Origin: Bugula neritina
Lineage: Eukaryota; Animalia; Bryozoa
Assembly (NCBI GenBank): GCA_964035545.1
Contig: CAXIUT010000208.1
Location: forward strand, 1-32,631
Direction of reading: 5' to 3'
Length of the DNA: 32,631 nt
Under the pieces are notes generated by a model, which was given only the letters and a program-made list of their open reading frames with translations, was not told the DNA's origin and did not search any database. The number at the start of each line of letters is the position of its first letter. Within the stretch, counting starts at the first letter, position 1. A program made the position numbers and the translations under genes. This document shows, in pieces, positions 23,261 to 32,631 of the stretch.

Positions 23261-24582
23261 ATGTTCGATAATTCTCCTCTTCCTTCAGATAGGAATAATC
23301 CTGACCTCTCCCTCAACCAACTTCGAGATGGATTTGCTTCCATTACTCACAGAATGACTGAACTATAGTCTCTACTAAGCAAAAAAGTACTTTCTTAAAA
23401 TATCTAGATGGATCGATCAGAATGTCTTAACATCTTGGAAAAGAAAGTTAGTCACGGACAACTTAAAAGAGTCTGTGAATAGCTTTAAACTAAAACAGAA
23501 GATAATAAAAATCAATAAATAGAAAGAAATACAAAGATGCAAGAAATAGCTATCGAAAAGATAGATAAACTAACTAAAAAATTCAAATCATCTAATCAAA
23601 AATCAACCAATAGTAAAGGTCATAAACAATAACTAAAATCAATTCATAAAGAATCTAATAAAAGAATAATCTAGCCACAATAGCTTTACATATAATCTAA
23701 CTAAACTATGTTCTCATTGCTGATTGAATAGATTTACAAACTTCAAACTAGAGATGATTAACTCCAAAAGCAACTTTAACTTAGAAATAAGAAGACAACA
23801 GCACTTAACAATGAAGTTTGCAGCAAAATATAAAAGCTCTAAACTTAAATATAAGAAAAGTATGATTTAAATTATGTAGAATAAAGTTTAGTCAATCCCT
23901 TTATGAGTAGAAATAAGGAAATACCTGGTCAAATCACGATAGAAATATGAAAACTACAATCCATAAAAGCAATAATATAAGCAACATTAATAATAACTAG
24001 AATAATCAATTTGAATCTTTTAGATTTGAAATGGTTACTAAAAGTATCTAAACATTACAAAAATAATTACTTAACAAAATGAATATCAAAGATGTACTAC
24101 CGCTCATCAAACAAAATCATCAACAAGTTTCTGATTCAGTTGAAGAAGTAAGAGATTATGTTGAACAAAGTATATAAAGTACCAAAAGAATCCTTAGTAG
24201 TCAAACAGAAATCAATAAATAAATTAGTACTGGTGTAAAAGTAGCATGGTGGCATAGTTTTCAACAAGAACATCAATTTGCCATCATAAGCAAATAAATA
24301 TTAAACTTAGTGCCTGAAATACTAGAAATAGGATAAAATATGAAACAACCCAACCATATCAAAGTCATGCAGCAGGGTCTATATTTGCTAAAGATTCATA
24401 TGGTTGAAAACTATATACAAGGGCAAGAAGAGTCACAGTTTTTAGATGAATTCGAAGTGATGGTAGGGACACAAGTGCATGTAGTTGCACCTGAAAGTGT
24501 ACTAAGAATGTAAAAAAATAGCGAATTAAGAATCATTCAAAGAAATAACCAAGAAATAGTATTTTGTCTACAAAAATTGTGA
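23261..24582 (+). CDS. Coiled-coil protein with a possible C-terminal C1q/TNF-like beta-sandwich, about 426 aa; introns 23387-23407 and 23860-23879
   Basis: The second intron is required for frame. HIKVMQQGLYLLKI resembles the C1q/TNF 'GLY' strand. Confidence 0.6.
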
Positions 24583-24756
24583 TATTTCGCCTTTCTTACA
24601 ATACTATCAAATATTTTGTAATATTTAATTTTTTTATATCAACCATGAAATATTCTTATTTAATATCTTTCCAACTATTCGATTTATGATCTTATTCGAT
24701 CTTATTTAATGATAGTATTTAGTTACTATCAGTAATATTTAATACCAAATAATTTT

Positions 24757-26712
24757 ATGTTCGCACACAAGAATAACTACCGTCGTAATTACAATTACTC
24801 ACATCCCCTAGCAGGAAAAACATATGATAACTCTCATTTCGTAACACAGTGTAAATCTTACCTAGATACTGATTTAAAACTTAGTACTACTGCATCTTAA
24901 ATTGACCCACATCCACTAAAACCACACTCTCATAATTGTACAACTCAACTATTTTATCAAACATCTAAAAGAAAAATATAGTCAGCACACGTAACACAAA
25001 ATCGATTATAATTTGATAAGAAAAAGATGAATCAAACAGCTGATTTGAGAAGAACAGATCTCGCTGGAATTAAAAATGGAAGTGTGGCTTCATATAGTTC
25101 AAGAAAATAAAAAATAGGACAGAGAAGAGGATTGAAAAGAAAAATGGCTATCAATCCATATGTAGATAGCTTTCTTTTTCCTAACATGGATATTCGTATT
25201 ATTCATAAAATTAACAGAGTTGAAGAAATATAAAAGCTAAGCATAACTTTTAACTTTCAAAAGATCTTTAAAAGACTTATAAGTACTCAGCTTATGGGGG
25301 AATTTACTTCCAACTTCATGCTTAAAGTAGAATAGTACATAAAGCCAATTTTAATTAATCAATAACAGTATATTCATCCGCTTAAAGTTTAAATTGAACA
25401 AAGTTTAAAACATTTATCAAGAAAGGAAGATCTATTAGAAGTTATCTATGATTTAGAGTTATAAAATTAAAGAGTTAAAATAGAATAATTGATTAAATAT
25501 TATTGTATTCCTTCTGAAATAGTTAGTAAACAGATGCTTAAAGAATTAATGGAAGATATTGTTATTGAAATATATTAAAAGAGAAATTGTTGTAAAGATA
25601 TTGAATATTGTCTCCTCACAGAAAATGGATAACTAATTACACATATTTCTTAGATTTTCTTTTCATATCGAAGCCTACTCATAACTCCTAGTCTGAATTA
25701 TACCAACGCCTACCAAAAATACCGATAACTTTTAGAAGATCACGATAAACAGCAAAGAATGACCTTTAAAGAAGCTCTCAAGCATGATTTTGTCAGCAAA
25801 ATAGTTAGAAATCAGATAGAACATAACTTAATTAATTACAGTAAGTGTCCACAAGAACAACTTACTCAAAGAAAAGAAATAGTAGAACAAGCTGAGAATC
25901 TTATCAATAATAAATCAAAAATAAGATTACAATCTAACACAATCAATCTTTCTAAATAGATTTCAAAGGAAGACACCTTTACAGATCCTATCTTTTCAAG
26001 AGAAACTCTTGCTAAATCTTTTCATAATAGAAAAAACAAATAAAAAAAGTAATATAAAAGCATGGTAGCTCAACTTCAAAAAATGTTAGATCCACATAAT
26101 ATTTTCATTAAAAACAAGATGGACCTCAAAATAGAGTCAGTCTTTCAATACTTATATCCTATTAGTGATCAATATGATCTCACATACACTCATCAACCAG
26201 AACATGCCTCAACTCTTTTGATTAACAATGTATTCGATAATTGCAATATTTTTAGCAATAAAAATAAAACCCAAAAATCTCTTATTTTATCAATGTTACA
26301 ACAAATTTATGGAAATAAATAACCTCTAAAGTAAATAACTTTTTAACAATTCAAAGAAATCTATGAAACTGCTCATGGAATATCCAAACCTAGTATAATC
26401 ATGAAGTATGTGCTGACTTATATTTCTTTTGATGAATGGGGATAAAAGTCCAAGAAAGATCTTTTTAATCTTTTGTAAATTACTATACCTTATAAAGGTA
26501 GATCAATGGAACTGATAAAAAGAATTTTTTGGAACTGGCTAGAACGATCTAATTTGGTAGAAAGTGATGTTTTTAGAAAGAAAAATATCTAGATTTGGTA
26601 TGAACCAGTTAAAGTTGTTTATCTTATGTTTATTTCTTTTATTTTTGGAGGAAAAGAATATAAAAGTATGGAAGAAATGGTCAAATAAATGATTAAATAC
26701 TAGTTTTATTGA
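24757..26712 (+). CDS. Hypothetical protein, 651 aa, with possible degenerate EF-hands near the C-terminus
   Basis: Single frame of 1956 nt; EITFEQFKEIY is EF-hand-like. Confidence 0.75.
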
Positions 26713-26901
26713 TATTAGTTAAATTTCTATATTAAAATGATAAAAAATAATGAATAAAAATCGACATTTTATCTAAAATTTATTCAAAAAAAAGAATTGT
26801 TTTGTTTACAAAAAACATCTTTCATCTTTGTTAACTTGATTTGAAAAGAATATATTTTTGCTATAAGTAAGACAAAAGTATTCTTCTAATTTATATAAAT
26901 T

Positions 26902-27445
26902 ATGATCCGAAGAATTATTTAGGAATCTAAGAAACCTAGAGTCTCAAAGTAAAAACCTGCAAGAAAATCTTTGATTCTCGATAAAATAAAAGAAAAAAAA
27001 AAGAATTTCAATCGCTCTTGAAGCTAAAAGTAATCTTTTAACTACAGTCCTATAGTAAATGAATGAAGATATAAAAGATTCCAATCACTATATCAAGTCT
27101 ATAAGAGAGAATTTTGATCAACAAAGTTTGGCTTTAATTGATACTTATCGAGAATTATTACCTCAAGCAAGAGATATGCCATAATAATAGTTGCTGATCC
27201 GTTATCTGCAAGATCCTTTTTTCAGAATTAAACTCTAGACTTAGTATAAATGTCTTAAAAAAATAAAAAGAAGAAAACATATTGGTAAGATTAAAACTAT
27301 TTTAATCCTTCTAGAAAAAATATTGATGGCAAAAGAAAAAGAGAGAATAGAATAACTTTCAGATAGTGTAGTAATAGTTAGCAAATTAACAATATAACAA
27401 AAGAAATAATATCTAAAAGTTACTAGAAAAAGTCCAATAAAATGA
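26902..27445 (+). CDS. Hypothetical protein; needs a +1 shift at the A10 run 26993-27002, or else starts at 27059
   Basis: The frame from ATG 26902 stops at 27019. A second frame is open 26975-27445. No consensus intron links them. Confidence 0.45.
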
Positions 27446-27548
27446 AACAATAGCAAGAAGAAAAACACACGGCTGATTTCTCAACTAAAAATATATTTAA
27501 ATCTATTCTATGTAAAATCAATCAGAATGAATATTCAAAATGATCAAG

Positions 27549-29718
27549 TCAATATTCAAAGAGTTGTTGTTTTGCCTTTACTAAACTATTATCAGTACCA
27601 AGCATCACAACTTTATGTTCCAATTCACTTCTTCTCTCCAATGCAATCATTGCTTCTGATAGACTACTCTCCAACTATTTATATTTTTCAAGTAAATGAG
27701 TTATTTTAAGTTGAAGTTCTTAGTTTAAATTCTTGTCTTCTTCTTTTTCTCTTTGAAGATATTAAAATTTATCCTTATAAAAGGACTATATTTACTGGAT
27801 TTTTTGTTGTTCAAGAATATCCCATTCAGCTTTAGCTTAGTTTATTATCACTTCATTCTAAAGATGTAATTTCTCGAACTATTACTGAAGTTGTCTTGAT
27901 CTCTGATCAGCTTTCTCACATTTATCATTAACTTGTTTTTCATTTTGTGTTTTTTAAACTATTGTTTTTTTTAACTATTAAATTTAATTTATATATTTAC
28001 TGTAGTCAGGTAAAGGACTTTACCTAATACACTTTAATATTTATTTCGATTGCTTCTCTATTTCATTATCCTTTTCATTAATAATTTTTTTCAAATTAGC
28101 AATTTATTTCTCACTATTATCACTAATTAATTTATTATTAGATAAAAGTTGCTTTCTTTCCTTCTACCAAAGCTATTTATCCTATTAAAATCCAATATGC
28201 CTTTCTTAATTTTCTTTGATTCTTTAATCAAGATGTTTTCTTAATTTTTTGAGCTCTTCTTCATAAAATAGAGCACTATTTGCCTTCATCTCATAATTTT
28301 TTATTACATGTGCACTTTGTTGAATAATTAAAGATTTTTCGGTGTTAAACTTTTATCGAATAACAACTTATGCTTCATCATACATCATTTTCATTTTTGA
28401 GATTTACTCTTTATTTTTTGATTACTTTAACCTCATCTTATGAATCAAATCATGATTTTTCTGAAGTTATCCCACTAAAAACATTATGCAATTTATCAAC
28501 CTATTCTTCAAAACTGTTGATCTTATCTTCTAAAAATCGAATTTTAGATTCATATATTGATTCAATAGATCTCATATTCTCTTGATTAACTGCTCCGATT
28601 TCAATCTTTACTAATTATAGTTCCTGTTACTTCATCATATAAATCTTCAATAGTTTTTATCTTAACTCTTTAATGACCATCTCATATCCATTTCTGTTTT
28701 CTTCATAACTTTTACTATGAAGGGTTTACTGTTCCTGAAGTTATCTATTTTAAACTTTCAAGGCTTCTATCTGTTTTTAAAGATTTTATATCTCCAATAG
28801 AAAAGCTTCTCTTTGAATATCTGAGTTTTCCTACAAATTCTAAACCTATTATTGACTTGCTTCTAGCATTAATAACTTTGTGCGATTATATTTATGTTTT
28901 AATTCAATGATATTTCCTTCATTTTCAGATAATAATTTAGCCTTCTCTTCTTGATAAGCTTCTTCAAAAGATTTATAATCTTTTTATATTTTATTGAATC
29001 TTTCTTTCCAATATAAGACTTCATCTTAAAGTCGAGTTCCCTTAAGTTCCCAAAGCTAAATATCTTTTCGATGTCTATCTCTCTGTTCTTAAATAACATT
29101 TTATAATCCCTTTTTAGATTGGTTAATTTCGACTTATTTATCTCTGGTAATGCTGAATATTTAATCATTTTTCTTTTGGATAACATCTTTTATATGATTT
29201 TTAATTCTTTAATTCTCTTGCTCGATCATTTATACTTATCTTTTTGAATTCTTGATAGTATTTTAGCATTAAGATACTTTATCATTAACTATTTATTTTA
29301 ATTTTCTTATTTAAGCATCATACTATTCTTTTGCTCTCTCTGAACAAATTTTAAGTAAAGCTATTTCCTTTTGTTGCTAATCACATTGAATAATATATTT
29401 ATCGTTACTTGTTCCCACATAAAAAATAACTTATTCCAACCTCTTCACTTCCTGCTACAATAGCTATACAGTTCTAAATTATCCAACTGCGGCCATCGGT
29501 GAAAATCCTAATAAATTAACATTAGGTGCAATATTTTCTCTTTCCATCTCATACTAATAAATATGTTTATGTTGAATATGAGGAGAAGTCTATTTTCGAC
29601 CAGATAAATTAGATTCTCTTTGATTTTGACGAGGATTATTAAGGGTCAGAGATTCTGCCGGGCGAGATAAAGATAAGTTGTTGAACTGAGAAGATCCAGA
29701 CTCGTTTTTATATGACAT
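27549..29718 (-). CDS. Long coiled-coil protein, about 720 aa, with a frame discontinuity near 28480
   Basis: Glu/Lys-rich heptad-like sequence throughout; a +1 shift is needed at GTTTTTA (28477-28481). Confidence 0.75.
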
Positions 29719-29772
29719 TTAACGACTAATTTAGTTATATTATGTTAACAATAATTATAACTAAATTTATGT

Positions 29773-30750
29773 ATGGCATCTATCATTGATCATTATAAAG
29801 ATATAGTCATGAGTTAAAAGATGAAAAATATGTGGAATCAATATTCTAAACAGGCTCCAAAGCACTCTCCTTTCAGTTTCCTTCTTGCTGGACTAGGTCT
29901 TCTAGCTTTCAAAGCCTACTACTATGGTATTTAATCTCCTATTTAGTTGATATAGGGCATTATGCTATTAAATTCAATAAATTATCGAATTCTCTTTCTC
30001 CTTAAGTATACAGATAAGGTTTTAATTTTAAAATTCCTTTCATTTAAGATCCAATTATTTATAATGTACAAACAAGAGAGAATGAAGTTTTTGCATAAAC
30101 TGCTAATAGAGATATGCAAAGTATCAGACTGTCAGTAAAGGTTTTATTCCATCCTGAAGTGAGCAATCTTCATACAATTTATAAAAACTTAGGGAAAAAT
30201 TATGAACAAAAAGTGCTCCCTGCTCTTTGCAATTAGATTCTAAGAACAGTAGTAGCTCAATTTTCAGCAGCTCAACTTTTGAGTCAAAGAGATCAAGTTT
30301 CAGAACGAATTAAATCTCTTTTATCTGAAAGAGCTTCTCATTTCAACATTATGATTGATAACCTTGCAATCACAGATCTTACTTTTGGAAAAGACTATCT
30401 TGAGGCTATTGAAGGTAAGTTTTAATTGATTTAGGAAAACAAGTTGCTCAACAGGAAGCAGAAAGAGCAAAGTATGAAGTTGATCAGGCTAAATAAGCTA
30501 AAAAGAGTACTATTATTAAGGCTTAAGCCTCTTCAAAATCAATTGAACTTGTAGGTTAGGCCTCCAGAAATAACCCATGTAAGGATATTGATATGAAGCA
30601 TATTTGGATGTGAGAAAAATCGAATATACATAAAAAATAGCTCAAGTCTTGGCTGAAACCAGAAATAAAGTCCTCTTAAATAATGAAATTTTGAATATGA
30701 ATTTACCTACAACAACTCAAGCTGAATATTCCAAAGGAGGCAGCAAATGA
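29773..30750 (+). CDS. PHB2: Prohibitin (SPFH domain, PHB2-like); introns 29927-29946, 30415-30434, 30579-30598; alternative in-frame starts at 29809 and 29821
   Basis: VDIGHYAIKFNK, EGFNFKIPF, RDMQ, VLPALCNEILRTVVAQFSAAQLLSQR, AIEGKQVAQQEAERAKY. Confidence 0.93.
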
Positions 30751-30797
30751 TTAAATGAATCATATAATCTTTGATAATTACCTTAATAACTAAAAAT

Positions 30798-32518
30798 TCA
30801 AAAATCATTAATTTATTCTTGAAAAGTTGTAACGTAATATTTAGCTTCAGTAACAGCTTATAAAGGGTTTTCAGATTTTACTTAATCATTTATTATTTAT
30901 GATGCTTTTCCAAAAGATTCACCTTCAGTTTTTGATCCTCCTTAAAAAGATGCTTTTGTTGTTTTTCCCATCGATGATATTGCCATAATAGAATTATGAC
31001 TTTTACCTTCTTCATTAATCTTTAATTTTTAAGTCGAAACATTAGATGAAGAAACAACTTTTTTTGTATTTTTTATTGGAGGAGGAAGTTTAGATATCTT
31101 TTATTTACTATTTGTTTTTATACTTTCTTAACTTATTCTTTTGGATTGGTTTTTTTAGGTATTGCAGTAGAAGTCTTTTTAATAACTGGAGTATGCTTTT
31201 TCTGATCTTTATTTAAATTCAACTTGATATTTTATAATTTTTAAATATCTTCTTGTAATTATTGATATTTAATTTATAATTTAAAAATATTATCTTTTAG
31301 TTTTTGTTATATTTATTCTTCTTTTGATTTACACCTTGAAGTAATCATAATTTAATGAGGAGATTAGATTACTAAACTCTGTATTGGACTCTTTTCCTGA
31401 CTAATTAAAATAAATTATTCTTTCTTTTTCAACAATTCTTAAGTATCTTTGAGTTTGATTTTTACATTTTATAATTTTATTTCTAATTAATTAATTTAAT
31501 CCTTTAGTTTCTTAGTTTTGGTTCTTTCCTTTTACAGCTAACTTTGTAATTCTTCATTTAATATTACGATCTCATCTTATTCTTCAATTACTTTAAAAGT
31601 ATCCTTTTCTTTTATAAAACTACTACTTTTTCTTGACGGCATTAGTGACAATAATACATCTTCAAGAGATACTATATGACCCATAGCAATGCTATTTTTT
31701 TATTCCTATAATTTTAACAATTAAAACCACTGCTAGCTCATGATTTTTTATTCAGATAGGTTTTATTTCAATTATTTGACCTGAACAATATCTTCTTCAT
31801 AAGCTTTTATCTTTTAATTTAAAACAGCGAGCTATTTTCTCATATCTTATCTACTTTTTTCTGTTTCTATTTCTTTTTTCAGAGGCTAAATCGACCCAGT
31901 AATAATCTGCTCAGATTTTACTTTGCTTAGTTTTTATTTTTTTACGGGAGATTGTTTTGATGGTGATTATCTCTTTTGTTTTGGCAATATTTATGTTTTT
32001 ATTTCTCTCGAATGACGAGGTGTGTTCTGCTAGCTTTGATATTATAACTTTTTATTTGACTGAACTAGTTGATTTTTTTGTTTATTATTACTGTTTTTTG
32101 CTTCTAAAATTTTGGTCGTGAAACAAATATCGACTTAAAAAGCTTTATCTTTGCAAGAACATTCTGATATTTGGAAAGTTTGTACCCCTTCTTTCTTAAA
32201 TTAGCGAAAGTAGTTCCAATAGTCTTTCTTTACTTATTTTCTTTGATAACATTGACGATAAGTGTTAACTTTATTTCAAAAAAAGTACTTTTGGAAAGTG
32301 ATCATAGCTGTATTTATCGGTTTACAGTTCAAGATGTTTGTCTATTTGGATTAATAACTCTTTTTGAGGGTAAAATTCAGTAGATACAAGCTTATCTTTG
32401 GCTGAATAGATGCTGAAATACCTGATTTGAGAGAAACAGAATAAGAATTGTTGTTGGAATGATGAAGTCGACAGCCAAGCACGTGAGCATCTATATGTAC
32501 ATATAAATTGGATTTCAT
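30798..32518 (-). CDS. Putative NT-C2 (EEIG1/EHBP1-type) domain plus coiled-coil protein; introns 32402-32421 and 32269-32288; two unexplained frame breaks (about 32197 and about 31100)
   Basis: Beta-rich N-terminus with KLTLIVNVIKENKERKTIGTTFANL...CSCKDKAFEVDICF, followed by a coiled coil. Confidence 0.5.
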
Positions 32519-32550
32519 ATTCCACAACTATTATTTATTCTATTCACTTA

Positions 32551-32631
32551 GGGGTTGGGGTTGGGGTTGGGGTTGGGGTTGGGGTTGGGGTTGGGGTTGG
32601 GGTTGGGGTTGGGGTTGGGGTTGGGGTTGGG
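32551..32631. repeat. Right telomere, (GGGGTT)n
   Basis: Perfect G4T2 repeat to the end of the sequence, in the reverse-complement orientation of the left telomere. Confidence 0.99.

Noticed and set aside
28461-28482. 22-nt GT-AG intron that would repair the coiled-coil gene frame
   Set aside because: The donor is GTT rather than GTA and there is no -6 A; it is disfavoured but not excluded.
29432-29446. TATTCCAACCTCTTC, similar to the Tetrahymena chromosome breakage sequence TAAACCAACCTCTTT
   Set aside because: It has three mismatches, lies inside a CDS (antisense of EVKRLE) and is retained in the macronucleus.
76-32550. tRNA, rRNA, transposon, IES or CRISPR features
   Set aside because: None recognisable by eye; nearly all sequence is accounted for by coding regions and short AT-rich spacers.

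Overview
This is a complete, telomere-to-telomere 32.6 kb ciliate macronuclear chromosome, with (C4A2)n at the left end and (G4T2)n at the right. It carries about 22 tightly packed protein genes. The supplied ORF track is mostly artefact because the genetic code is non-standard. UGA is the only stop, and both UAA and UAG fall at conserved glutamate positions (kinase APE and GEG motifs, Cdc14 EYEHYEK.ENGD, MORN YEGEF, prohibitin NE). This is the peritrich-type code (table 30), not the usual ciliate UAR=Gln code. Introns are tiny (19-22 nt, mostly exactly 20 nt) and all 22 that I inferred follow GTA...A(-6)NNNAG. Recognisable genes are RPS12, NRDE2, a BCL7-like protein, Cdc14, a NIMA/NEK kinase, an MSP-domain protein, an apparently catalytically dead PdeD/GbpA-like MBL-cNMP protein, an ANTH-like protein, a MORN protein, a TDM1/MS5-like TPR protein, TGS1 and prohibitin. 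All gene models were translated by eye and all family calls rest on remembered motifs; no searches were run.
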